From positions 1 to 40,557 of the forward strand of contig JAEEKO010000002.1 of the NCBI GenBank assembly GCA_016282415.1: a stretch of 40,557 nucleotides of DNA. Reading direction: 5' to 3'. Both the position numbers and the translations under genes were made by a program. The DNA is from Bacillales bacterium. Its GTDB lineage: Bacteria; Bacillota_I; Bacilli_A; RF39; UBA660. Positions 1-9,522 of the stretch are shown in pieces (position 1 is the stretch's first letter; every line of letters starts with the position of its first letter). Below the pieces are notes generated by a model. It was given only the letters and a program-made list of their open reading frames with translations. It did no database searches and was not told the origin of the DNA.

Positions 1-904
1 TAGCTTTGAATTTAGTATGAGGTGTAACAGTTCCAGGTTTAGCTAAAACTTGTCCACGTTCTACTTCTTCACGAGCGATACCACGTAATAATGCACCTGC
101 ATTGTCACCAGCTTCAGCGTAATCTAATGATTTACGGAACATTTCAATACCAGTAACAACAGTCTTCTTAGTATCTTTTAATCCAACGATTTCAACTTCG
201 TCATTTAAGTTTAATCTACCACGTTCAACACGTCCAGTAACAACTGTACCACGTCCTGAAATAGTAAATACGTCTTCAATTGACATTAAGAATGGTTTAT
301 CAGTATCACGAACTGGTGAATCAATGTATGAATCAACAGCAGCCATAAGGTCTTTAATTGGTTGAACCCAATTTTCATCACCTTCAAGAGCTTTTAATGC
401 AGATCCTCTAATGATTGGACATTCTGAATCGAATCCATATTCACCTAATAATTCACGAATTTCCATTTCAACTAAGTCTAATAATTCTGGATCATCAACT
501 TGGTCACATTTGTTCATGAATACTACGATTTTAGGTACACCAACTTGGCGTGATAATAAGATGTGTTCACGAGTTTGTGCCATAGGTCCATCTGTAGCAG
601 CAATAACTAAGATAGCACCATCCATTTGTGCAGCACCAGTAATCATGTTCTTAACATAGTCAGCATGTCCTGGGCAGTCTACGTGAGCATAATGACGTTT
701 TTCAGTTTCATACTCAACGTGTGCAGTATTAATAGTAATACCACGTTCTCTTTCTTCTGGAGCTTTATCGATATCAGAATAAGCAACAAAGTTACCAAAA
801 TATTTTGTAATTGCAGCAGTTAATGTTGTTTTACCATGGTCAACGTGTCCAATAGTACCAATATTAACATGCTCTTTTGTACGGTCAAATTTTTCTCTTG
901 CCAT
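1..904 (-). CDS. tuf: Elongation factor Tu, N-terminal ~301 codons (3' end lies beyond the window start)
   Basis: Minus-strand translation from ATG 904..902 reads [33 protein letters not shown]...DCPGHADY...NKCD...[16 protein letters not shown] lies 9 nt upstream. Absent from the ORF track because no stop lies inside the window. Last gene of the str operon. Confidence 0.97.
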   Translation of the reverse strand, partial: MAREKFDRTKEHVNIGTIGHVDHGKTTLTAAITKYFGNFVAYSDIDKAPEERERGITINTAHVEYETEKRHYAHVDCPGHADYVKNMITGAAQMDGAILVIAATDGPMAQTREHILLSRQVGVPKIVVFMNKCDQVDDPELLDLVEMEIRELLGEYGFDSECPIIRGSALKALEGDENWVQPIKDLMAAVDSYIDSPVRDTDKPFLMSIEDVFTISGRGTVVTGRVERGRLNLNDEVEIVGLKDTKKTVVTGIEMFRKSLDYAEAGDNAGALLRGIAREEVERGQVLAKPGTVTPHTKFKA

Positions 905-973
905 ATTAATTTTCCTCCTTAAACAATATACTTATATTTTATCTAATGCTTGAACTATTTTCAAGTATTATTT

Positions 974-3049
974 TTAGTTAACGCTGTTTTTCTTAATGAT
1001 TTCTTCAGCGATTGATTTTGGAACTTCTTCATAATGGTCTTTTTCCATTTGGAAGTTTCCACGACCTTGGGTATTACTTCTTAAATCAGTAGCATAACCA
1101 AACATTTCTGATAATGGTACCATTGCCATGATTCTTAAAGTATTACCAATAGATTCTTGACCAAGTGGTTTACCACGACGTGAAGTTAAGTCACCCATAA
1201 CGTTACCCATGTATTCTTCTGGTACGTCAACAACTACCTTCATGATAGGTTCAAGAATAACTGGTTTACATTTATTCTTAGCTTCTTTTAATGCAAGTGA
1301 AGCAGCAACTTTATAAGCCATTTCTGATGAGTCTACATCATGGTAAGATCCATCGAATAATGTAGCTTTAACATCTACTACTGGATATCCAGCTAAGATA
1401 CCACCTTGCATTGCTTCTTGTAAACCTTTATCAGTTACTGGAATATATTCACGAGGAACTACACCACCAACGATAGCATCGATAAATTCATATCCTTTAC
1501 CAGGTTCATTTGGTTCAAATTTGATCCAAACATGTCCATATTGTCCACGTCCACCTGATTGTTTAATATATTTACCTTCACATTCAGCTGCAACTGTGAT
1601 TGTTTCACGGTAAGCAACTTGTGGTTTACCTTTATTACATTCAACGTTGAATTCACGTTTTAAACGGTCAACGATAATGTCTAAATGAAGTTCGCCCATA
1701 CCTGATAATACTGTTTGACCAGTTTCAACATCAGTTTTAACACGAAGTGTTGGGTCTTCTTCTACTAATTTTTGAATAGCTAATGCCATCTTGTCTTGAT
1801 CATTTTTACTCTTTGGTTCAACTGCGATATCAATAACTGGTTCTGGGAATTCCATACCTTTCATGATACATGGATTCTTTTCATCACATAATGTATCAGC
1901 AGTAGTTGTATCTTTTAATCCAACTGCAGCAGCGATTTCACCAGCATATACATCAGTAATTTCTTTACGAGTATTTGCATGCATTTGTAAAATACGACCA
2001 ATTCTTTCTTTTTCACCCTTAGTTGAGTTTAATACATAAGAACCACTAGTTAAGTGTCCAGAGTAAACTCTGAAGAATGATAAACGTCCAACAAATGGGT
2101 CAGTCATAATCTTGAATGCTAAAGCAGTAAATGGTTCAGAATCACTAGGATGTCTTAAAACGTCATTACCGTTTTTATCAGTACATTCAATAGCTTCAAC
2201 ATCAGTTGGTGCAGGTAAATAATCAATAACTGCATCAAGTAATGCTCTAGTACCTTTGTTTCCTAATGCATCAGCGCATAATACTGGGAAGAATTCTACA
2301 GCTAAAGTAGCTTTTCTAATAGCTTTCTTTAATAAATCTACAGTAATTTCTGCACCATCTAAGTAAGCCATCATTAAATCTTCATCAGAATCAGAAACAG
2401 CTTCAATTAAGATATTTCTGTATTCTTCAGCTTTTGCCTTCATATCATCAGGAATTGGCATTTCTTCAACTTTTTGTTGTTCAGTGCCATCATATTTAAA
2501 TGCTTTCATTTCTACTAAATCAATGTAACCAACATATTCTGCTTCAGCACCAATTGGTAACATAATTGCAGCAGCGTTAGCACCTAAACGGTCTTTAATT
2601 GTTTTTAAACTGAAATAGAAATCAGCACCAAGTTTTTCCATTTTGTTAGCACAAATCATTCTTGGAACCTTGTATTCGTTTGCTTGTCTCCATACAGTTT
2701 CAGTTTGAGGTTCAACACCAGCTTGGGCATCGATTAATGCAACAGCACCATCTAATACACGTAATGATCTTTGAACTTCAATTGTAAAGTCTACGTGACC
2801 TGGAGTATCAATGATATTTAAACGGTATCCATTCCAATGACAAGTTGTAGCAGCAGATGTAATTGTAATACCACGTTCTTTTTCTTGATCCATCCAGTCC
2901 ATTTGAGATTCACCTTCGTGAGTCTCACCAATTTTATGAGTAATACCAGTTAAGAATAAAATTCTTTCTGTTGTAGTAGTTTTACCAGCATCAATGTGAG
3001 CCATGATACCGATATTTCTTAATTTATCAATTGTAACATCTCTTGCCAT
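974..3049 (-). CDS. fusA: Elongation factor G (non-canonical G4/G5 motifs, see findings)
   Basis: 691 aa. [10 protein letters not shown]-loop, [19 protein letters not shown], and [12 protein letters not shown] and [10 protein letters not shown] blocks typical of EF-G. Sits between rpsG and tuf. Confidence 0.95.
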   Translation of the reverse strand: MARDVTIDKLRNIGIMAHIDAGKTTTTERILFLTGITHKIGETHEGESQMDWMDQEKERGITITSAATTCHWNGYRLNIIDTPGHVDFTIEVQRSLRVLDGAVALIDAQAGVEPQTETVWRQANEYKVPRMICANKMEKLGADFYFSLKTIKDRLGANAAAIMLPIGAEAEYVGYIDLVEMKAFKYDGTEQQKVEEMPIPDDMKAKAEEYRNILIEAVSDSDEDLMMAYLDGAEITVDLLKKAIRKATLAVEFFPVLCADALGNKGTRALLDAVIDYLPAPTDVEAIECTDKNGNDVLRHPSDSEPFTALAFKIMTDPFVGRLSFFRVYSGHLTSGSYVLNSTKGEKERIGRILQMHANTRKEITDVYAGEIAAAVGLKDTTTADTLCDEKNPCIMKGMEFPEPVIDIAVEPKSKNDQDKMALAIQKLVEEDPTLRVKTDVETGQTVLSGMGELHLDIIVDRLKREFNVECNKGKPQVAYRETITVAAECEGKYIKQSGGRGQYGHVWIKFEPNEPGKGYEFIDAIVGGVVPREYIPVTDKGLQEAMQGGILAGYPVVDVKATLFDGSYHDVDSSEMAYKVAASLALKEAKNKCKPVILEPIMKVVVDVPEEYMGNVMGDLTSRRGKPLGQESIGNTLRIMAMVPLSEMFGYATDLRSNTQGRGNFQMEKDHYEEVPKSIAEEIIKKNSVN

Positions 3050-3058
3050 ATAAAACTC

Positions 3059-3526
3059 CTACCATCTGTAATGAGCAAATGCTTTATTAGCTTCAGCCAT
3101 TTTGTGAGTATCTTCACGTTTTTTAACAGCTCCACCAACACCTTTTGCTGCATCCATTAATTCATTAGCTAAATTAATAGCCATTCCTTTACCATTTCTA
3201 AGTTTAGCATAGTTAACAATCCAACGTAATGCTAAAGCTTGACTTCTGTCATCACTAACTTCAATTGGTACTTGATAGTTAGATCCACCAACACGACGAG
3301 ATTTAACTTCTAATGCTGGTTTAACGTTTTCTAATGCTTTTAAATATACTTCATATGGATCTTCATTAGTAGTATTTTTAATAATATCAAATGCATCAGT
3401 TAAAATCTTTTGTGCAGTACCTTTTTTACCATCGGTCATAATTTGGTTTACTAACTTAGTAACAACCTTTGAATTATACACTGGATCAGGTAATACATCT
3501 CTTTTAATTGCACGTCTTTTACGCAT
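3059..3526 (-). CDS. rpsG: 30S ribosomal protein S7
   Basis: 155 aa, [19 protein letters not shown]...AHYRW, canonical S7 termini. GGAG RBS. str operon position. Confidence 0.97.
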   Translation of the reverse strand: MRKRRAIKRDVLPDPVYNSKVVTKLVNQIMTDGKKGTAQKILTDAFDIIKNTTNEDPYEVYLKALENVKPALEVKSRRVGGSNYQVPIEVSDDRSQALALRWIVNYAKLRNGKGMAINLANELMDAAKGVGGAVKKREDTHKMAEANKAFAHYRW

Positions 3527-3557
3527 TATTATTCTCCTTCCTTATTTAATTCAAATT

Positions 3558-3968
3558 TTATTTAGGTTTCTTAGCACCATATTTACTACGGCCTTGTTTA
3601 CGGTTAGCAACACCTTGAGTATCTAAAGTACCACGAATAATGTGATATCTAACACCGATTAAGTCTTTAACACGACCTCCACGAATTAATACAACGCTAT
3701 GTTCTTGTAAGTTATGTCCTTCACCTGGAATGTAAGTATCTACTTCACGTCCATTAGATAATCTAACACGAGCATATTTTCTTAAAGCTGAGTTAGGCTT
3801 CTTAGGTGTACGAGTAGCAACACGTGTACAAACACCTCTTTTTTGTGGACTATTTTGATTAGTTTCCTTACGATCCTTGCTGTTGAATCCAACATTTAAA
3901 ACTGGACTTTTACTCTTACGAGTTTTATCTTTACGATTTTTTCTAACAAGTTGATTAATTGTTGGCAT
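3558..3968 (-). CDS. rpsL: 30S ribosomal protein S12 (Ile at the conserved Pro of KDLPG)
   Basis: [10 protein letters not shown]...[17 protein letters not shown]...[25 protein letters not shown]. Start moved from the track's 3995 to ATG 3968, which has GGAGGGAG 8 nt upstream. Confidence 0.96.
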   Translation of the reverse strand: MPTINQLVRKNRKDKTRKSKSPVLNVGFNSKDRKETNQNSPQKRGVCTRVATRTPKKPNSALRKYARVRLSNGREVDTYIPGEGHNLQEHSVVLIRGGRVKDLIGVRYHIIRGTLDTQGVANRKQGRSKYGAKKPK

Positions 3969-4064
3969 TATTTCACTCCCTCCATATACACACATCCTGG
4001 TGTATCAATTTTTCCATTAAATTAGGTTCTACCAGCGATAGAACCACATTTAAAATGCAAATAT

Positions 4065-4093
4065 AATATATCAATAAATAATATGCATGTCAA
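4065..4093 (-). promoter_or_regulatory. Sigma-A type promoter of the str operon
   Basis: Minus strand reads TTGACA (4093..4088), a 17-nt spacer, then TATATT (4070..4065). Followed by a leader hairpin GGTTCTA-N7-TAGAACC (about 4025..4045). Confidence 0.5.
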
Positions 4094-4157
4094 CAGTTTT
4101 TTATTATTTTTTAACTATTTTTACATGTGAATATTTTTTTCATAATAACCACATAAA

Positions 4158-4733
4158 TTACTCTTCTGTTAATTTTAATACAACGTCCTTTTGAATTTCG
4201 AATTCTCTAATTTCATGCTTTTTCATATCATATAAAATCGCATTAATTTGATCAATATCATCAATATGATCAATAATAAAATCAATGTATTCGTTTATAG
4301 CATCAATCGTTTCTTCGTCATACTTATCTTTTAAGAAATCAATTAAGACATCACCATAATATTTTTTACTATATAACATAATGTATAAAAAAGGATCATA
4401 TTTAAATATAAAATTAGCAGCAGATTTTGTAAAATGCCCATTTTCTTGAACAAGAGCGTTTTTTAAATAATCAACTTTTTCAGAATTTTCTATGTCTGAT
4501 AAATACTTACATTCGTCACGTAGTTTTTTCCAATTAAATTTATTATATCCACTAACCATCGTTCCAACATATAAACCATAAAAGTTAGAATATGGTCCAG
4601 TACTTACTTCCATATAACCAAATCTATTGTTAGCAAAAATTAAGTAATCATTAAAAAACTCTTTAAATAATTTTGGATTATAAACAATACATTCGTTATA
4701 AGCAATACAATTTTCTACATTTAATCTTTTCAT
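4158..4733 (-). CDS. Hypothetical cytoplasmic protein, 191 aa
   Basis: Clean ATG ORF with a GGGGTGA RBS. No signal peptide and no motif I recognise. Confidence 0.55.
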   Translation of the reverse strand: MKRLNVENCIAYNECIVYNPKLFKEFFNDYLIFANNRFGYMEVSTGPYSNFYGLYVGTMVSGYNKFNWKKLRDECKYLSDIENSEKVDYLKNALVQENGHFTKSAANFIFKYDPFLYIMLYSKKYYGDVLIDFLKDKYDEETIDAINEYIDFIIDHIDDIDQINAILYDMKKHEIREFEIQKDVVLKLTEE

Positions 4734-4788
4734 AAGTTCACCCCTAAATGCAAAACATATACTACACTATAATTACCTTTTTTTCAAC

Positions 4789-4814
4789 AAAAAAGATTAT
4801 ATCGCTATAATCTT
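4789..4814 (-). terminator. Rho-independent terminator after whiA
   Basis: Stem AAGATTATA / TATAATCTT with a 4-nt loop, followed on the minus strand by TTTTTG. Confidence 0.6.
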
Positions 4815-4835
4815 ATTTTCCATCATCTTTAAATA

Positions 4836-5741
4836 CTAATCTTCTTTATTCAAACTCTTTTCATGTCTTTTTATTAAATCTCTTAATTTTATAAAATGAT
4901 GATTAACTCCGGACTTAGAAATCTTATAATCCGTTTCTAAAGAGATAATATCTGCTAATTCTTGATAACTACTCTCCGGATATTTCTTACGATAATCCAT
5001 AACTACCTTCGTTTTTTCATCCAATAAATCAATTAAATCATTTTCTTCTAAATAAATGATATCATCTAATTGTTTTAAACCATTTTGCGTAGTTTTTTCT
5101 TGATTAGCTAACTCACAATTATTTAAACGATTAACCATATTTTTATGGTCACGATAAATTCTGATGTCTTCATAATAAAATAAACTGTTCGTAACTTTAA
5201 TTAACTTTAAAAAGTCACTAATCATTTCTGCACTTTTAATATAAACCATATATTTATTAGTACGTTTAATTATTTTAGATAAAATATTATATTCTTTTAA
5301 TAAACCCGTAATTATCATGGCTTCTTTTTTCATTGGTAATAAAAATTCTAAGTGATAACTACCTTTTTTCGGATCATTAATACTCCCACATGCTAAGAAA
5401 GTACCCATTAAATAAGCAATTTTTTCTTCATCACTATCTAAATTAGTAGTATTTAAAGTATTAATAATATCTTGGTTCTTTTCCATAATTTTAATAATAT
5501 ATAATTGTTTAATTCTAAATCTTTTTTGATTACGAACAATAATGGAAGGATTAACATTAAACAACTTTTTAACAAAGATATAAACTAATTTAGCAACTTT
5601 AGCATTTTCAATTGTAAAAGTAATCTCTTTTTTACTAATAGCAGCATCATATAAAAATAACGCTTTTAAAGTGGTTAATGCTTCTATCTTATTGAAATCA
5701 TAAGCTACTATTTCTTCTTTAATCATCGTTGTAAAAGTCAT
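4836..5741 (-). CDS. whiA: DNA-binding sporulation/cell-division regulator WhiA
   Basis: 301 aa. Degenerate LAGLIDADG-like core (LMGTFLACGSINDPKKGSYHLEF) plus a C-terminal HTH (SYQELADIISLETDYKISKSGVNHHFIKL). Length and layout typical of WhiA. Confidence 0.85.
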   Translation of the reverse strand: MTFTTMIKEEIVAYDFNKIEALTTLKALFLYDAAISKKEITFTIENAKVAKLVYIFVKKLFNVNPSIIVRNQKRFRIKQLYIIKIMEKNQDIINTLNTTNLDSDEEKIAYLMGTFLACGSINDPKKGSYHLEFLLPMKKEAMIITGLLKEYNILSKIIKRTNKYMVYIKSAEMISDFLKLIKVTNSLFYYEDIRIYRDHKNMVNRLNNCELANQEKTTQNGLKQLDDIIYLEENDLIDLLDEKTKVVMDYRKKYPESSYQELADIISLETDYKISKSGVNHHFIKLRDLIKRHEKSLNKED

Positions 5742-5837
5742 ATAACCACTCCTCTCTTTTCAAGAATAACATGTTTTATCTTGGTTGTAAAATTATATTT
5801 TAAATAGTATAATCAAATTAAGAATAGAGGTGTTTTA

Positions 5838-6791
5838 ATGAGTCTTCGTTTAAAAGACAGTGTTCGTAAAAAATTATATATGATTATCGTTATTGCAATC
5901 TTAGCGTTTATTGGTCTGTTTTCAATTAAATCAATAGTAACAATGATTAAACAAAAAACTAATATTGAATACAAACTAGAACATCATGGTTATAGTACTA
6001 AAGAAATTAAAATCTTAAAAAGGAATTACAATAAAAAAGAATTAACTAAGTTATTAGATAAAGAAGCTGACAAAAATATCCCATTATTAATCGAAGAAAA
6101 ATATTATATTGCTAAAAACTTAGATAAGTATTTAGATTATTTAAAAGCTAATCCAAACACTCCAGTATCTAAAGTTATTAGTTATATTAATACTCGCGCT
6201 AACGAAAAATGGTATACTGATCCAAAAGAAGCTGATCTTAGTAAAGGTAAACTTCTATTAGTTAATAAGTTTAATAAATTAAATGAAGATTACACCCCAG
6301 AATTAGTTAATGTATCAAATTGGTATGCTTATGGTGAAAATAAATTAACTCAAGAAGCTTATGAAGCATTTATTCAAATGTTTAATGGCGCTAAAGATAG
6401 TGGTACTAAGATTGTTGCGACATCTTGTTATCGTTCTTATGAAAATCAAAAAAGAATATATGATAAAGATGTTTACAAATATGGTGAAGAAATAGCTGAC
6501 GAAAGTGTTGCTAAACCAGGTTTTTCCGAACATCAAACCGGACTTGCTATCGATTTATTAGAACCGGGTTATAACTTAAATAACTTCCATGAAAGTACCG
6601 CTTATAGTTGGTTACTAGATAATGCCCATAAATATGGCTTTATATTAAGATATCCAAGTGATAAAGAAGATATTACTGGATATAGTTATGAATCATGGCA
6701 TTTTAGATATGTTGGTGTAGAAGTTGCTACCAAAATTCATAATGAAAACATTACTTACGATGAATATTATGCTTATTATTTAAATAAATAA
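5838..6791 (+). CDS. Membrane-anchored D-alanyl-D-alanine carboxypeptidase, M15B/VanY family
   Basis: N-terminal TM segment. Zn-ligand motifs SEHQTGLAIDL (H-x6-D) and ESWHFRYVG (E-x2-H). Confidence 0.8.
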   Translation: MSLRLKDSVRKKLYMIIVIAILAFIGLFSIKSIVTMIKQKTNIEYKLEHHGYSTKEIKILKRNYNKKELTKLLDKEADKNIPLLIEEKYYIAKNLDKYLDYLKANPNTPVSKVISYINTRANEKWYTDPKEADLSKGKLLLVNKFNKLNEDYTPELVNVSNWYAYGENKLTQEAYEAFIQMFNGAKDSGTKIVATSCYRSYENQKRIYDKDVYKYGEEIADESVAKPGFSEHQTGLAIDLLEPGYNLNNFHESTAYSWLLDNAHKYGFILRYPSDKEDITGYSYESWHFRYVGVEVATKIHNENITYDEYYAYYLNK

Positions 6792-6820
6792 AACCTCACT
6801 TCATTCTAGTGAGGTTTTTT
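6790..6820. terminator. Bidirectional terminator shared by convergent genes
   Basis: Stem AAAACCTCAC / GTGAGGTTTT with a 9-nt loop, A-run on the left and T-run on the right. The stop of the 6806..7411 ORF lies in the loop. Confidence 0.7.
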
Positions 6821-7411
6821 ATTCTTATTAATTAGCTTAGATAATATTGATTTCTCTTTTTGATGCATTTTAAAACGTACTTTAGCCATTTTATGTTCAA
6901 TATCTAATTCAATTTTATCTATATAAAATTCACAATTATGTTCAAAGCAAAAGCCATTAGCAAGGGTTTCAATATAGTCCCTTTTATTATCAATTCCTTC
7001 AATATTAATATATAAACAATTACTCATTTGATTATAACCCATTCGATTACGGCCACCACCTTTAGCATAAAGTCGTTTAAGAACTGCAAAATCGCCAAAA
7101 TCAAGAACATGGTTTTCATAAGTATTGCCTTGAGGTTGGGCTTTAATTGTAACATTAGAATTTGGATTACTTAAGTAAGCTCTTATATCATCACTAATAA
7201 ATGGATCGGCGCTGATCATTAAAGCATCAACAACCGTATATTGATCTAATATAATTCCTACCGGTTGATCGACAATTAAAGCGGTATTATTTTCGCTCAT
7301 AACATTAATAAACATTTCCGGATCATATATATTTTTAATTATATCAGTCACCCTTTGATATCGATCTTTAGGGAAACAAAAGCTAATCACAAACTTTTTC
7401 ACACCAATCAC
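6806..7411 (-). CDS. Hypothetical protein, ~198-201 aa
   Basis: The track start at 7411 is GTG with no spacing to an RBS. GTG at 7402 follows AAGGGTGA and is the more likely start. No recognisable motif. Confidence 0.5.
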   Translation of the reverse strand: MIGVKKFVISFCFPKDRYQRVTDIIKNIYDPEMFINVMSENNTALIVDQPVGIILDQYTVVDALMISADPFISDDIRAYLSNPNSNVTIKAQPQGNTYENHVLDFGDFAVLKRLYAKGGGRNRMGYNQMSNCLYINIEGIDNKRDYIETLANGFCFEHNCEFYIDKIELDIEHKMAKVRFKMHQKEKSILSKLINKNKKPH

Positions 7412-7465
7412 CCTTTATTTGAGTAGATATTCTATCATATTTTTTAAAATTTGCAAGTCTAAGGC

Positions 7466-7494
7466 ATAAAAAATCAACACAGTCGTGTTGATTT
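7466..7494 (-). terminator. Terminator after the tRNA-Thr pair
   Basis: Stem AAATCAACAC / GTGTTGATTT with loop AGTC and a T-run on the minus strand. Confidence 0.6.
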
Positions 7495-7505
7495 CATAAT
7501 CATAA

Positions 7506-7579
7506 TGGTGCTGAATGACTGAATTGAACAGTCCTCTAAAGCTTACCATGCTTTTGTTTTACCACTAAACTAAATCAGC
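7506..7579 (-). tRNA. tRNA-Thr (anticodon GGU)
   Basis: Minus strand folds as GCTGATT-TA-GTTT-AGTGGTA-AAAC-A-AAAGC-ATGGTAA-GCTTT-AGAG-GACTG-TTCAATT-CAGTC-ATTCAGC-A-CCA. Cloverleaf with an encoded CCA and one T-T mismatch in the acceptor stem. Confidence 0.85.
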
Positions 7580-7586
7580 ATAAAAA

Positions 7587-7661
7587 TGGTGCCGACTGCC
7601 GGATTTGAACCAGCGACCTATGCGTTACGAGGGCATTGCACTACCACTGTGCTAAGTCGGC
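7587..7661 (-). tRNA. tRNA-Thr (anticodon CGU, read by eye)
   Basis: Folds as GCCGACT-TA-GCAC-AGTGGTA-GTGC-A-ATGCC-CTCGTAA-CGCAT-AGGTC-GCTGG-TTCAAAT-CCGGC-AGTCGGC-A-CCA. There is a C-C mismatch at 31-39, so the anticodon assignment is less certain than the tRNA call itself. Confidence 0.72.
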
Positions 7662-7673
7662 AAGTACATTATT

Positions 7674-7702
7674 AATATACTTAAAAAACAGTTAATTTGC
7701 AA
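7674..7702 (-). promoter_or_regulatory. Promoter for the tRNA-Thr pair
   Basis: TTGCAA (7702..7697), 17-nt spacer, TATATT (7679..7674), about 12 nt upstream of the tRNA 5' end. Confidence 0.5.
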
Positions 7703-7730
7703 TAAAAAAATCTATCATTCGATAGATTTT
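7703..7730 (-). terminator. Terminator after the PQ-rich membrane protein gene
   Basis: Stem AAAATCTATC / GATAGATTTT with loop ATTC and a T-run on the minus strand. Confidence 0.6.
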
Positions 7731-8086
7731 TAAGCTCCCGTTGAAGCAGCCATACCACCAGCAAGAAAAATCATTAATATAAATATAATGCCAACAATTA
7801 TACCAATTACTAACATAATTAGGAACCAACATAAGAATGATCTTGAAAAGTTCTTTAAGTTTTCATTATTAGTACCACCTAATGCAAATACTAATAAGAA
7901 AATAAGACCAACTAGTGGAATTGAGAATAATAATTGATATCCAACATATCCCCAAGCCGAAATAGGTTTATACTTTGCTGGAAGGATATTTGCTTGAGGT
8001 TGTGGATTAGTATAAACTGGTTGTGGTTGAACCTGAGGTTGAACTTGTGGTTGTGGTTGAACTTGTGGTTGATTTTCGTTTTCCAT
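7730..8086 (-). CDS. Small membrane protein with a Pro/Gln-rich N-terminus
   Basis: 118 aa. MENENQPQVQPQPQVQPQVQPQP repeat followed by three hydrophobic helices. Confidence 0.65.
   Translation of the reverse strand: MENENQPQVQPQPQVQPQVQPQPVYTNPQPQANILPAKYKPISAWGYVGYQLLFSIPLVGLIFLLVFALGGTNNENLKNFSRSFLCWFLIMLVIGIIVGIIFILMIFLAGGMAASTGA
8018..8071 (-). repeat. Imperfect tandem 6/12-nt repeat encoding (QPQV/QP)n
   Basis: Plus strand reads ggttgtggttgaac(c/t)tg(a/t)ggttgaacttgtggttgtggttgaacttgtggttg. Confidence 0.7.
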
Positions 8087-8140
8087 ATCTTTACTACCTT
8101 TCTTATTTTAAGAATAGCATATTATTTTTGGGTAGTAAAT

Positions 8141-8170
8141 AAAAAAGAACTGATAAAAATCAGTTCTTTA
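8141..8170 (-). terminator. Terminator after tRNA-Arg
   Basis: 11-bp stem AAAGAACTGAT / ATCAGTTCTTT with a 4-nt loop, followed by a T-run on the minus strand. Confidence 0.65.
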
Positions 8171-8181
8171 AATATTTCATC

Positions 8182-8258
8182 TGGTGTCCTCGATAGGACT
8201 CGAACCTACCACCTAGAGTTTAGGAAACTCTTGCTCTATCCCGATGAGCTACGAGGAC
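8182..8258 (-). tRNA. tRNA-Arg (anticodon CCU)
   Basis: Folds as GTCCTCG-TA-GCTC-ATCGGGATA-GAGC-A-AGAGT-TTCCTAA-ACTCT-AGGTG-GTAGG-TTCGAGT-CCTAT-CGAGGAC-A-CCA. Confidence 0.85.
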
Positions 8259-8283
8259 AAAAATAGTAACATATGTTACTATT
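8259..8283 (-). terminator. Terminator after trpS
   Basis: 20-nt palindrome ATAGTAACATATGTTACTAT followed by TTTTTG on the minus strand. Confidence 0.6.
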
Positions 8284-8287
8284 TGTC

Positions 8288-9337
8288 TTATTCAAAATAA
8301 TTTAATAACATTGCTGCTTTAACTTCTTTTACAGTTTTAGAAGCAACCGTTCTAGCTTCTGCGGTACCTTTCTTTAAAATATCCATGAAATAAGCATCAT
8401 CATGCTTTAATAATTCTGCACGGCGTTCACGAATTGGCGTTAAAACTTCTTCTAAAATGTTATATAAGAACATTTTAATCTTAACATCACCTATTCCACC
8501 ATGTTGATAAGCACTCTTTAATTCATCAAGATTTTTAAACTCTGGATAGTATTTTGCAAAATGTTCATCATTACAGAAACTATCTAAATAAGTAAATACA
8601 ACGTTTCCTTCTACTTTTCCTGGATCTCCAATATTAATATGGTTTGGATCAGTATACATTTTCATTACTTGTTTTTTAACCGTCTCTGAATCATCTTTTA
8701 AATAAATGCAGTTACCTAAAGATTTACTCATCTTTGCCATACCATCAATACCTGGTAAACGGAAAGAAGATTCCGTCTCTGGTAAAACCGCTTCACATCT
8801 TCTTAAAACCTTACATTTATAAATAGAATTAAAGCGATCAACAATTTCATTAGCTTGTTCAATCATTGGTAATTGATCATCACCTACTGGTATAATATTA
8901 GCTTTAAATGCTGTAATATCAGCTGCTTGACTAATTGGATAACACATAAAACCAACTGGTAATGTTCCTTCAAAGTTACGTAACGCTAATTCAGTTTTAA
9001 TTGTTGGATTTCTTTTCAAGCGATTGAAAGTAACAATATTCATATAATAAAAAGTTAATTCAGTTAATTCTGATACTTCAGATTGAATAAAAAATGTTAC
9101 TTTTTCCGGATCAAGTCCACAAGACATATAGTCAATTAATACATTTAATAAATTTTCTTTTACTTTTTTAGGGTTATCAAAATTATCAGTTAACGCTTGA
9201 CTATCAGCAATCATAATATACATTTTGTCATAATTACCTTCATCTTGCATTTTAACGCGGGTTCTTACTGACCCAACTAAATGACCTAGATGTAAATTTC
9301 CAGTAGGTCGATCTCCTGTTAATATAATATTTCCCAT
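8288..9337 (-). CDS. trpS: Tryptophan--tRNA ligase
   Basis: Class I motifs GNLHLGHLVG (HIGH) and KMSKS, with TrpRS-like length. Start moved to ATG 9337, which has AGAGGTG 6 nt upstream; the track start at 9346 is GTG. Confidence 0.92.
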   Translation of the reverse strand: MGNIILTGDRPTGNLHLGHLVGSVRTRVKMQDEGNYDKMYIMIADSQALTDNFDNPKKVKENLLNVLIDYMSCGLDPEKVTFFIQSEVSELTELTFYYMNIVTFNRLKRNPTIKTELALRNFEGTLPVGFMCYPISQAADITAFKANIIPVGDDQLPMIEQANEIVDRFNSIYKCKVLRRCEAVLPETESSFRLPGIDGMAKMSKSLGNCIYLKDDSETVKKQVMKMYTDPNHINIGDPGKVEGNVVFTYLDSFCNDEHFAKYYPEFKNLDELKSAYQHGGIGDVKIKMFLYNILEEVLTPIRERRAELLKHDDAYFMDILKKGTAEARTVASKTVKEVKAAMLLNYFE

Positions 9338-9485
9338 TTTATTCACCTCTTTTTGTTATTAGAATGGTTCAAATTTTGGTTTTGGTTCTTTTCCTAGTAT
9401 AATTAGTTCTTCATCATCTTTTTCACCAATTTTATTTTCCAAATCCCACTCCTCGATAAGACTATTATAACAAGTTTTTGAGTAC

Positions 9486-9522
9486 AAAAAAAGTATGTTA
9501 TGAAGATAACATACATTTTTTT
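9486..9522. terminator. Bidirectional-looking terminator after the TM2-domain gene
   Basis: Stem GTATGTTAT / ATAACATAC with loop GAAG, flanked by A7 and T7. Confidence 0.65.

Noticed and set aside
411-823. Plus-strand ORFs 411..659 and 626..823
   Set aside because: They lie antisense within the tuf coding region, have low-complexity or odd composition and no RBS. The EF-Tu frame on the minus strand explains the region.
949-965. Hairpin CTTGAA-N5-TTCAAG between fusA and tuf as a terminator
   Set aside because: No T-run follows on the minus strand and tuf starts 45 nt later. It is more likely an intra-operon processing or stability element, and too weak to call.
1459-1656. 65-aa minus-strand ORF inside fusA
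   Set aside because: It is an alternative frame of the EF-G gene with no independent support.
6345-6536. 63-aa ORF antisense to the VanY-like gene
   Set aside because: Hydrophobic nonsense typical of the antisense strand of AT-rich coding DNA. No RBS.
7934-8266. 110-aa plus-strand ORF
   Set aside because: It runs antisense through the PQ-repeat gene (WLWLNLRLNL is the mirror of the repeat), across a terminator and through tRNA-Arg. It is an artefact.
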